This document shows, piece by piece, positions 41,390 to 52,839 of a DNA stretch of 64,000 nucleotides (the stretch's first letter is position 1; the number at the start of each line of letters is the position of its first letter). The stretch is from Eledone cirrhosa (lineage: Eukaryota): the NCBI GenBank assembly GCA_964016885.1, contig OZ024740.1, positions 30,876,001 through 30,940,000 on the forward strand, read 5' to 3'. The notes beneath the pieces were generated by a model. The model was not told where the DNA came from, searched no databases, and was given only the letters and a program-made list of their open reading frames with translations. The position numbers and the translations under genes are program-made.

Positions 41390-41595
41390 TTTTTTAAAAT
41401 GTTAGCTTTTCCAAAAAAAACTTTTTATGTACTATTTCGCCTAAAGGCATAGAATATTTTGAGAGACTGACCAGATCAAAATTTGACCTGGCAGTCCCTC
41501 TACAAGTTGATATAAAAATGAAGGTTCACAGTTAGGAATTTCTATAGAAATTTAGGCAGAACTTACCCAGCAAGTTTCACGTGTGTGTCCATCCC

Positions 41596-42342
41596 AGATA
41601 GATAGATAGATAGGTAAGTAGAGAGGTAGAAAGTTAGGTAGGTAGAGAGGTAAGTAAGTAAGTAGAGAGGTAGAAGTTAGGTAGGTAGGGAGGTAGGTAG
41701 AGAGGTAGGTAGGTAAGTAGAGAAGTAGGTAGGTAGAAAGGTAGGTTGGGAAGTAGAGAGGTAGGTAGGTAGAAAGGTAGGTAGGTAGGGAGGTAAATAG
41801 AAAGGTAGGTAGGTAGGTAGGTAGAGAGGTAAGTATAAAGGTAAGTAGAGAGGTAAGTAGAAAGGTAGGTAGGTAAGTAGGGAGGTAAGTAGAAAGGTAG
41901 GTAGGTAAGTAGAGGGGTAAGTAGGTAAGTAGAAAGGTAGGTAGGTAGGTAGGTAGGTAGGTAGGTAGGTAGGTAGAGAGGTAAGTAGAAAGGTAAGTAG
42001 AGAGGTAAGTAGAAAGGTAGGTAGGTAAGTAGGGAGGTAGGTAGGTAAGTAGAGAGGTAAGTAGAAAGGTAGGTAGGTAGATAAATAGAGAGGTAGGTAG
42101 GTAAGTAGAAAGGTAGGTAGGTAGATAAGTAGAGAGGTAAGTAGAAAGGTAGGTAGGTAGGTAGATAAGTAGAGAGGTAAGTAGAAAGGTAGGTAGGTAG
42201 GTAGGTAAGTAGAGAGGTAAGTAGAGAGGTAAGTAGAAAGGTAGGTAGGTAGGTAAGTAGAAAGGTAGGTAGGGAGGTAAGTAGAAAGGTATGTAGGTAG
42301 GTAAGTAGAGAGGTAAGTAGAGAGGTAGGTAGGTAAGTAAGT
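41596..42342. repeat. (AGAT)4 plus degenerate (AGGT)n / AGGTAAGT microsatellite, right part
   Basis: Read directly. Confidence 0.95.
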
Positions 42343-42494
42343 ATGATGATGTTGATAGTGGTTGTGATGATGATGATTAAGTTGCTCCCAGTTCATCATC
42401 ATCATCATTTTACGTCTGTTTTCCCTGCTTGCATAATAACAAAATTAACAAAGTTATTATTTTTAAATAAATTGTCTAAATTTGTTGATAGTAT

Positions 42495-45400
42495 TCATCA
42501 TCTCATCCTCATCTCATCCTCATCTCATCCTCATCTCATCCTCATCTCATCCTCATCTCATCATCATCTCATCCTCATCTCATCATCATCTCATCCTCAT
42601 CTCATCCTCATCTCATCCTCATCTCATCCTCATCTCATCATCATCTCATCCTCATCTCATCCTCATCTCATCCTCATCTCATCCTCATCTCATCATCATC
42701 TCATCCTCATCTCATCCTCATCTCATCCTCATCTCATCCTCATCTCATCATCATCTCATCATCATCTCATCATCATCTCATCCTCATCTCATCCTCATCT
42801 CATCCTCATCTCATCCTCATCTCATCCTCATCTCATCATCATCTCATCCTCATCTCATCATCATCTCATCCTCATCTCATCATCATCTCATCCTCATCTC
42901 ATCATCATCTCATCATCATCTCATCATCATCATCATCTCATCATCATCTCATCATCTCATCATCTCATCATCTCATCCTCATCTCATCATCATCTCATCA
43001 TCATCTCATCCTCATCTCATCATCATCTCATCCTCATCTCATCATCATCTCATCATCATCTCATCCTCATCTCATCCTCATCTCATCATCATCTCATCAT
43101 CATCTCATCATCTCATCCTCATCTCATCCTCATCTCATCCTCATCTCATCATCATCTCATCATCATCTCATCATCATCTCATCCTCATCTCATCATCATC
43201 TCATCATCATCTCATCATCATCATCATCTCATCATCATCATCATCATCTCATCATCATCTCATCATCATCTCATCATCATCTCATCCTCATCTCATCCTC
43301 ATCTCATCCTCATCTCATCATCATCTCATCATCATCTCATCCTCATCTCATCCTCATCTCATCCTCATCTCATCATCATCTCATCCTCATCTCATCATCA
43401 TCTCATCATCATCTCATCATCATCTCATCCTCATCTCATCATCATCTCATCATCATCTCATCATCATCTCATCATCATCTCATCATCATCTCATCCTCAT
43501 CTCATCCTCATCTCATCCTCATCTCATCCTCATCTCATCATCATCTCATCATCATCTCATCCTCATCTCATCCTCATCTCATCCTCATCTCATCATCATC
43601 TCATCCTCATCTCATCATCATCTCATCATCATCTCATCCTCATCTCATCATCATCTCATCATCATCTCATCCTCATCTCATCATCATCTCATCATCATCT
43701 CATCATCATCTCATCATCATCTCATCATCATCTCATCATCATCTCATCCTCATCTCATCATCATCTCATCCTCATCTCATCCTCATCTCATCATCATCTC
43801 ATCATCATCTCATCCTCATCTCATCCTCATCTCATCCTCATCTCATCCTCATCTCATCATCATCTCATCATCATCTCATCCTCATCTCATCCTCATCTCA
43901 TCATCATCTCATCATCATCTCATCATCATCTCATCATCATCTCATCCTCATCTCATCCTCATCTCATCCTCATCTCATCCTCATCTCATCCTCATCTCAT
44001 CCTCATCTCATCATCATCTCATCCTCATCTCATCATCATCTCATCCTCATCTCATCATCATCTCATCCTCATCTCATCATCATCTCATCATCATCTCATC
44101 ATCATCATCATCTCATCATCATCTCATCATCTCATCATCTCATCATCTCATCCTCATCTCATCATCATCTCATCATCATCTCATCCTCATCTCATCATCA
44201 TCTCATCCTCATCTCATCATCATCTCATCATCATCTCATCCTCATCTCATCCTCATCTCATCATCATCTCATCATCATCTCATCATCTCATCCTCATCTC
44301 ATCCTCATCTCATCCTCATCTCATCATCATCTCATCATCATCTCATCATCATCTCATCCTCATCTCATCATCATCTCATCATCATCTCATCATCATCATC
44401 ATCTCATCATCATCATCATCATCTCATCATCATCTCATCATCATCTCATCATCATCTCATCATCATCTCATCATCATCTCATCCTCATCTCATCATCATC
44501 TCATCCTCATCTCATCATCATCTCATCATCATCTCATCATCATCTCATCCTCATCTCATCATCATCTCATCATCATCTCATCATCATCTCATCATCATCT
44601 CATCCTCATCTCATCATCATCTCATCATCATCTCATCATCATCTCATCATCATCTCATCATCATCTCATCCTCATCTCATCCTCATCTCATCCTCATCTC
44701 ATCCTCATCTCATCATCATCTCATCATCATCTCATCCTCATCTCATCCTCATCTCATCCTCATCTCATCCTCATCTCATCCTCATCTCATCATCATCTCA
44801 TCATCATCTCATCCTCATCTCATCATCATCTCATCATCATCTCATCCTCATCTCATCATCATCTCATCATCATCTCATCATCATCTCATCATCATCTCAT
44901 CATCATCTCATCATCATCTCATCCTCATCTCATCATCATCTCATCCTCATCTCATCCTCATCTCATCATCATCTCATCATCATCTCATCCTCATCTCATC
45001 ATCATCTCATCATCATCTCATCATCATCTCATCCTCATCTCATCCTCATCTCATCCTCATCTCATCCTCATCTCATCCTCATCTCATCATCATCTCATCA
45101 TCATCTCATCCTCATCTCATCATCATCTCATCATCATCTCATCCTCATCTCATCATCATCTCATCATCATCTCATCATCATCTCATCATCATCTCATCAT
45201 CATCTCATCATCATCTCATCCTCATCTCATCATCATCTCATCCTCATCTCATCCTCATCTCATCATCATCTCATCATCATCTCATCCTCATCTCATCATC
45301 ATCTCATCATCATCTCATCATCATCTCATCATCATCTCATCATCATCTCATCATCATCTCATCATCATCTCATCATCATCTCATCATCATCTCATCCTCA

Positions 45401-45537
45401 TCTCATCCTCATCTCATCCTCATCTCATCCTCATCTCATCATCATCTCATCATCATCTCATCCTCATCTCATCATCATCTCATCATCATCTCATCCTCAT
45501 CTCATCATCATCTCATCATCATCTCATCATCATCATC
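42495..45537. repeat. 11-bp tandem array CATCTCATC(C/A)T, about 275 units, G-free on the + strand
   Basis: Read directly; explains the His/Ser/Ile/Leu ORFs in two frames. Confidence 0.97.
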
Positions 45538-45621
45538 GTCCATTTTCCACGCTAGTATGGGTTAGACTGCATTGTATAAGATAAACAATATTTCTAACAT
45601 ATTTCACTCTATTTCAAACAG

Positions 45622-46539
45622 CATGTGTAAAATGTCAGAGCCCAACAGGAGCGGCCAGTAACCAAATATCGGCCACTACCTCTACAACTCTTTTGTCCAC
45701 CTCTATGGCTACCTCTGACCAAACAACAAATACAGGTTCAACATCTACTCCCACTCCCCCCACTTCCACCACTCCCCCCACATCCACTTCCACCACTTCC
45801 TCTACTCCCACTCCCCCCACTTCCACCACTCCCCCCACATCCACTTCCACCACTTCCTCTACTCCCACTCCCCCCACATCCACTTCCACCACTTCCTCTA
45901 CTCCCACTCCCCCCACATCCACTTCCACCACTTCCTCTACTCCCACTCCCCCCACATCCACTTCCACCACTTCCTCTACTCCCACTCCCCCCACATCCAC
46001 TTCCACCACTTCCTCTACTCCCACTCCCCCCACACCCACTTCCAACACTTCCTCTACTCCCACTCCCCCCACATCCACTTCCACCACTTCCTCTACTCCC
46101 ACTCCCCCCACATCCACTTCGGCCACTTCCTCTACTCCCACTCCCCCCACATCCACTTCCTCTACTCCCACTCCCCCCACTTCCACTTCCTCTACTCCCA
46201 CTCCCCCCACTTCCACCACTTCCTCTACTCCCCCTCCCCCCACTTCCACTTCCACTACTCCCACTTCTACTTCCTCTACTCCCAATTCCCCCACTTCCCC
46301 CACTCCCCCTCCCCTCTCTTCTACCTCTACTTCCACTTCCCCCACTTCTTCTACTACTCCCAATTCCACCACTTCCTCCAATTCTACCACTTCCTCTCCT
46401 CCCCCTTCCAATTCCTCAACAACAAATGCAACAGATACCCAACAGACATCACCAAGTATTACAACACAGATAGTTACTACGAAAGGACCAGCCCCAACAA
46501 CAACAACAGCTCTACCTGTAACAGTTACTCCAAATACTC
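45622..46539 (+). CDS. Second coding exon: end of signal peptide (SCVKC-Q) and ~300-aa Ser/Thr/Pro-rich mucin domain
   Basis: Acceptor TTTCAAACAG ending at 45621, open 918-nt phase 1-1 exon, GTAAGT donor at 46540; PTS repeats and N-glycosylation sequons (NST, NSS, NAT). Confidence 0.82.
45745..46230 (+). repeat. Coding 39-bp VNTR (PTPPTSTSTTSST) inside the mucin exon
   Basis: Unit CCACTCCCCCCACATCCACTTCCACCACTTCCTCTACTC; length variants are multiples of 3. Confidence 0.85.
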
Positions 46540-46711
46540 GTAAGTATCATTAACAACCCATTTTCTTCCAAGGTTAATTTCTCACCATGATGGATTCTCC
46601 ATCAGTTTTAACAATGAGCATTAATTTGTTCAATCAACAGGACATCCAACTCATGAATGAACATGTAGGTGGCTGAGTAGTCCACAGACACATTAACTTT
46701 TAACTTTTTAG

Positions 46712-46785
46712 CATTTACATTACTCTATATATACTATTATATTTTCACAGTAAAGGCTTTACCTCACATAATATCTCACATAACA
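46712..46785. repeat. Single 72-bp unit preceding LINE copy 1
   Basis: Same unit as the arrays at 52422-52628 and 58290-58931. Confidence 0.85.
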
Positions 46786-46996
46786 TCTCGTATACGAGAG
46801 ACGTGTGTTGACGTGTGTGAACAAGCTCGGCTACCGAGTCGGATTTACTTACTCAAAAGTGAGTTTTGATTAATTTTTTTATACTGTAATATACGTTAAC
46901 CCCTTGCCTTGGTCGTCAAACTTTGAGTTTATTTATTTTCGCCCCTTTTTGGGGCGAATTTTCCAGTTAAAAATTTATTACGGCAAACTAATAGAA

Positions 46997-48770
46997 ATGG
47001 ACGGAATTTTCACATCTCATCCTAACAAGAAAGCCACGCCCCCTAAGAAAGGTGATACAGAGAAGCTAGAAGCACAAGGCTCTAAGTCTTCCCTCCTCAC
47101 TTCTGCAAAAGAAACATGGAACACGGAATTAAAAGAAAAATTTGTAAAGATGGGTGAAAACCCAGAAAGTCACATAAACACAGACAAAAACAACAATGAC
47201 AATAACAGCAATAGTCACAACACCAACCAAGGAAAAAATAACGATAACACCAAACAAAGCGAACCCACTACTGGTGCCTCCTTTGCACAGGCGGTCCGGA
47301 AAACACAGACCTGCAAGCAACTGGACATTACAACTCTGAGAGAAAAGATGAAGGAAGCAAAACAGTATGTAACTTTCAAAGAAGGAGGAGACTTCACAAT
47401 CACCTCCCCACAAGAAATCAAAAGAGACACGACACTAAGAACGATATCCTTCAGAACAATTTCCAACATAACAAGGAAACCAGCTCAATTATCCCAAAAA
47501 GAAATTGAGCTAGTCCTAAAAAATGTGTGGAGTGATATATCGTTCATACAAAAAGGGCCACTCTATGGGAATATAACGGTGCTAATGAAGGATCAATTGA
47601 CGGCCAGGAAATACTCTGTGGCATCAATTGTTTCCAAGCTACACACATTTTCCGCCACATATTTAGGGAAAAGAACGCAGAAAATAAGGGTCTCCGGAAT
47701 CCGGCCAAATGCATGCATTTCCTGGGTACTAACAGGATTTTTAGAAGACGAGGACGAAATCCTCTCAGTAGGAGAAGTCACCACAGACGTTTTCGGCGGT
47801 TTGAGCGTGGAGGTTCTGGTCCAAATGAGACCAGAACGAATAGCTAGAATACCACAGAGGGTGTCCTTCGATGGAGAAACATTTATATACATTTCAGCCG
47901 AGGGTAGGAGGCCCATATGTTACTACTGTTCAAGCAGGGGTCATCTAAGGGCTGCCTGTCCTCAATTGACAAAAATAAAGGCTATTTTGCCTACACCCCA
48001 CACACCACCACTGCCACCACCACCACCTCCACCACCACTGCCACCACCACCACCTCCACCACCACCACCACCACCACCACCACCACAACAACAACAACAA
48101 AAACAACATGGAAAAATAACACAAGACACGGCCCCACCCAAAACAACTCCAAAAACACACACAGACACAACAAAACCCCAAAATACACCACTACCCGACA
48201 GCACGGACGAGGACCCAGCTGAAACGGCACCTAGTGACGAAGAAGGGGGACCCTTCCAACCAGTAAAAAGGAAAAAAAGAAAGCACCACTCGAACATAAA
48301 CGAAACAAACACACAACCACCAACAAAAACAAAACAAACAGAACAAACAAAATCCGCCCCACCCCAAAACATAACACATACAACAAAACGTAAGCACACA
48401 CAAGAACAACAAACACAACACAAATAAAACAGTATACATACATTAACACAAATAACAAAGAACTAGTAAAAACAATACACAAAGACCCTTCGGTGGAAAC
48501 TGAAGGGCAATTCTTTGCAAGCGCGGCCAACAAACCGCATTTAAAAATGATAAGAATCCCAATGGACACCTATGCAAAACTAAGAGAGAACTTTCCTGAG
48601 GATGTGGGGAAAACATGTACTCGACCCTATAACCGCGTCCTCTTGAAACGTTTCCCCACCCACACCTCGCCAAACACCCCCACTCCACCACAGAACAACA
48701 CCCCACCAAACAACCCCCCAATACGCCCATGGATATTGTGCAACCTGCTCCTCAGGAGCCGAACAGGTAG
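46997..48770 (+). pseudogene. ORF1 of copy 1, frameshifted
   Basis: CYYCSSRGHLRAAC knuckle, poly-Pro/Gln and KRKKRK; frameshifts near 48413 and 48715 relative to copy 3. Confidence 0.88.
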
Positions 48771-48791
48771 GTCCTTCCTCTTTTAACCAAC

Positions 48792-51700
48792 ATGGCTGAT
48801 ATAAGAGTTGGGTGTCTGAATGTACGCGGCCTGGGAGTGTCTTGGAAACAAGGCAAACTTTTAAACGATCTCAGGTCGCATAGAATGGATGTAATGGCTA
48901 TTTGCGAGTCCAGGATCAGCAGCGAGCACCAACTGGCGCCCCTCTTCGACGACTTTGAGATCTTCGCATCTCTCTGTCAACCGGGGGGTGGGGGTGGAGT
49001 TGTTGTTCTGCTGCGAAAACACGTGGGCCTCGCCATAAAGAAGGTGCACCTGGACCCGGAGCCCTTAGACTAATAGCTGTGTACGCCTCTTTTTGGGCAG
49101 CGCGGCCGGAATACTTCCAACGTCTGGAAACTTTTCTGGGAACGTCCCGCTCCTTGCTTTTAGTGGGGGACTGGAATGGTATCCTGGATGCACGTTGGGA
49201 CTATGTAGGGGCATGTGCCAATAGAGGGGGGTGTAAAAGCCTCAAAAGGTTAATCGGCCGATTTGACCTGGCCGATAGATATCGACTAGATTTTCCGACT
49301 GTACCACTATGGACGTGGACCAATCGCAGCGGAACATCTAGGTCGTACCTAGATAGGGTCCTAGTTAGAGATAAGGATAGGGACACATTTAGCTGTCCAA
49401 AAATGTTCATGGTTGACTATTCGGATCACAAGTTAGTGACCTGCATAGCCAACCTTGATAGAACCCATAGACAGGGACCCGGTTACTGGAAGCTGAACTT
49501 GTCTTTACCGACAAGCAAAGCTTACAGTAAACGGATTAGCATGTTAGTTAAGCAGAGTTTGACAGGGGCAATTGTCAACAACAGGTGGTGGAGCTCTCTC
49601 AAGAGAGCAATTAGAATAGAATCGATAGGTTTTAGTCAGGAATTAGCAAGGGATAGGAACAAGACGGAAAGGGAATTAGTAGATAGAGTAGAAGAGGCGA
49701 TTAGGAGTGGCAATGTAGCCAGCGTGCTGGCATCAAGAATGGCCTTAGACCAGTTCTTTGATGTGAAGCACGAGGGCTGCGTTGTCAGGAGTAAAATACG
49801 TGCACTGGGTAATGAGGGAGCCAAAGCTGTTAGCTGGGCCCGAGTGACAGAGGCAAAAAGTGGGAACAAGTCCACAATTCGGTCTTTGAAGGACCAGGAT
49901 GGACGTGTGATCCTTGAACCTGGGCAGATGTGTGCAGCCTTTCAGCGGCACTTTGCACGACTGTTCGAGAGGGGCGGCGCGCCGAGTAAGACTATGGATT
50001 TCAATCCATACCTCGACGGTCTGCCACGCCTCTCGGACGTGGAGGCGAAGTCCTGCAAAAGGACGATTTCAGCTGCTGAGATAGGGGCGGCGCTGAGCCA
50101 ATGCGGCAAACGCAAATCCCCGGGTCTCGATGGTCTACCATACGAGCTATATGTAGCGATGCCGGACTTGTTCTCCGATATCCTCGAAGCGGTCTACTGC
50201 AACTGGCAGCAGAACGGGAGAATTCCCAGTTCTGTCACCAAGGGCGTAGTTACGCTGGTGAGGAAGGACAAGAACAAGGAGGATGACATAAGTAACTTCA
50301 GGCCCATAACTCTGCTAAATACAGAGTTAAAGATTTTGGCCAAGGTGTTAGCGAAGTGGTTGGCGCTTGTCGTCGGAAACCTGGTGGGAGAAGCGCAGAC
50401 ATGTGCAATCCCGTCCAGGACCATTCACGACAATCTCCACCTTATGCGATACATCATAGAGAGGGTAGGGAATTAACACGGCTTTGGTGGGGCCCTGATC
50501 AACTTGGATCAATCTAAAGCTTTCGATAGGGTTGACCATCGTTACCTGGATGCGGTGCTCGCGGCGGCAGGCTTCAGACCCGTTTTCAGGGGTTGCATTG
50601 CTGCGATGCACAGCAGCAACATCTGCTCAAGGGTCAAGGTGAACGGCCACCTCTCGGAGCCATTCCAAATCATGTGATCCATCCGACAGGGATGCCCTCT
50701 CTCCTCCCTTCTGTATGTGCTGGCTCTTGAGCCACTACTGCGGAAGTTGGATCTGTTGCAGGGCATCCCTTTGGAACCGGGATTGCAGAAAGTGGCGTCG
50801 GCCTACGCCGATGACGTGACAGTAATGGTGTCGAAAACCTCGCAAATCGGTGAGATCGGCACCTTACTGGAGGAATATGAAAGGTTTACAGGAGCCAAGC
50901 TGAACCGGGACAAGTCCGTCGGTTTGCAACTCGGAACATGGAGAGGCAAACCGATGCCCTCCAACGACGTCGTTGGACGCTGGACGGAGGGCCCGGTGAA
51001 GCTGCTTGGGGTCTGGTTCGGACCAGACCTCCAGGTGGAGAAAAACTGGAACGAGGTAATGGCCAGGCTGTTTGCACTCACCCAGAAGTGGGCCCAGTGC
51101 AAACTATCCCTGAAAGGTCGAGCGGAGGTGGCGAATACTTATATAGCATTCGTCATCTACTACCACTTGACCGTCGTGCCTTGCCCAGTGAAAAGACTTG
51201 CCAAAATGGAGTGCGCGCTGTTCCAATTTCTTTGGAACAAGCGGACCCCTTTGGTGAGGAGATCCATCTGCTGTCAACACCCTTCGAAAGGAGGGCTGGG
51301 GATGCCGTGGCTACAGATGCGTAAACACGCATTAAGGCTACGGCACCTCCAGGTATTCCTTACCGGTCAACCGGTGTGGGCCCCGTTTGTGAGGCGAGCC
51401 TTTCCCAGACTCGTCTCGCTCACCGAGCTGCAATCCTGGGTCAAGCAAAGACCGAGAAAAGTGGGCAACTGGCACATTGAATGCGCCCAGGCGCTCACGG
51501 CCCTCTGGAAAGCGGACCCGGCAATCAGTGGAGACTCCACCTCGACATTCTATAGAGGGTTGGTACGCAGCAGGTGCGACGATGCTCTCGGAGAAGCTCT
51601 AGGCATGGAGGAAGATGAACTCGCCAGTCTGTTCGGTAGGACGTTTGGCCCTGGACCGATGGACAACTTCCAAAAGTCACTGGCTTGGCAGTGCCACCGA

Positions 51701-52186
51701 GGGGCTCTACCCGTTCGAGACAAGCTCCACAGGCATGGGAGCCTGGGTAGAGATCCTTTGAATAAGATCTGTCCGAGATGCGTGCATTATGACGAAACCG
51801 TTGCGCACGCATTCGTACACTGCCCAGGCATTGCTGACCTGTGGGGCTATGTGGAACGACTACTGTCGAGGGTGTGACCAATCCGGTTGACCACCGAGTC
51901 CATTGTCACGATCAAACTGCCTCCCCCTTTCAAAAACGAAGGAGAGGCGGTTTTTCTCTGTGTGATAGCCATGGCTAAAGAAGTTGTATGGTGGACGAGG
52001 CTGAAAGGGCTGAGGTCAGACACCTTTCTCTCCGGCCAACAACTGGTCCCGTTTTTCAAATACCATTTTAAAAGAAGGATCAGAATGGAAAGAGAGGTGC
52101 TCTACCCCAGCAAGTTTTATGAAAGGTGGGTGAAAGTAGGGAGAATGGCCAGAGTGAATGGGTCTTCTCTCTATATCAGCCTGTAG
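48792..52186 (+). pseudogene. ORF2 of copy 1 (APE-RT-zinc finger), disrupted
   Basis: 43-bp deletion near 49060 between GGAG microhomologies; stops at 50474, 50676 and 51875; YADD present. Confidence 0.92.
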
Positions 52187-52421
52187 GTGAAAGAAGAGGA
52201 AAAAGAGGAGACGAGGGAAGCACCTACTCTTTGTGCTCCTGAGGAGAAGGGTTGCACATTTTTTCCGGGGTGTGTGCAACCCATGTTAATGCCCCCTCCC
52301 TATTGAGGACTTCGTTTGTTGTTGTTATTTCATTGTTATATTTTTGTACTCGTTAATTATATGTAAACTTCCCCCCTTGTATCTGTCCCTACCTTTTGTG
52401 CCCTAGTGGCAAATAAAGAAA

Positions 52422-52628
52422 CCACTCTATATATACTATTGTATTTTCACAGTAAAGGCTTTACCTCACATAATATCACACATAACATTTACATTACTCT
52501 ATATATACTATTGTATTGTCACAGTAAAGGCTTTACCTCACATAATATCTCACATAACATTTACATTACTCTATATATACTATTGTATTTTCACAGTAAA
52601 GGCTTTACCTCACATATCTCACATAACA
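52422..52628. repeat. 72-bp repeat, about 3 units
   Basis: TACTCTATATATACTATTGTATTTTCACAGTAAAGGCTTTACCTCACATAATATCTCACATAACATTTACAT. Confidence 0.9.
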
Positions 52629-52839
52629 TCTCGTATACGAGAGACGTGTGTTGACGTATGTGAACAAGCTCGGCTACCGAGTCGGATTTACTTACTCAAA
52701 AGTGAGTTTTTATTAATTATTTTATACTGTAATATACGTTAACCCCTTGCCTGGGTCGTCAGACTTTGAGTTTATTTATTTTCGCACCTTTTTGGGGCGA
52801 ATTTTCCTTTTAAAAATTTATTACGGCAAACTGATAGAA

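Larger units (their letters stand above)
36265..41595 (-). mobile_element. Tx1/L1-clade non-LTR retrotransposon, near full length and defective (sister subfamily of the + strand copies)
   Basis: ORF1 with CCHC knuckle, ORF2 with APE-RT-zinc finger, and a 3' UTR ending GTGCCCTTGTGGCTAATAAAAAAA, homologous to the + strand copies. Confidence 0.93.
46795..52421 (+). mobile_element. Tx1/L1-clade LINE copy 1, full length and defective
   Basis: 5' UTR, ORF1, ORF2 and 3' UTR with AATAAA at 52412. The exact 5' boundary is uncertain by about 10 bp. Confidence 0.95.

Noticed and set aside
42343-45565. 1070-aa and 1027-aa His/Ser/Ile ORFs (possible His-rich structural protein)
   Set aside because: The G-free 11-bp repeat contains no TAA so it cannot encode stops, several frames are open, and the unit is not a multiple of 3.
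45635-46411. Minus-strand Val/Glu/Gly ORF
   Set aside because: It is the antisense shadow of the mucin exon; splice signals support the + strand.
46620-46700. Possible SINE fragment or small exon (GTGGCTGAGTAGTCCACAGACAC)
   Set aside because: Too short to classify without a repeat library.
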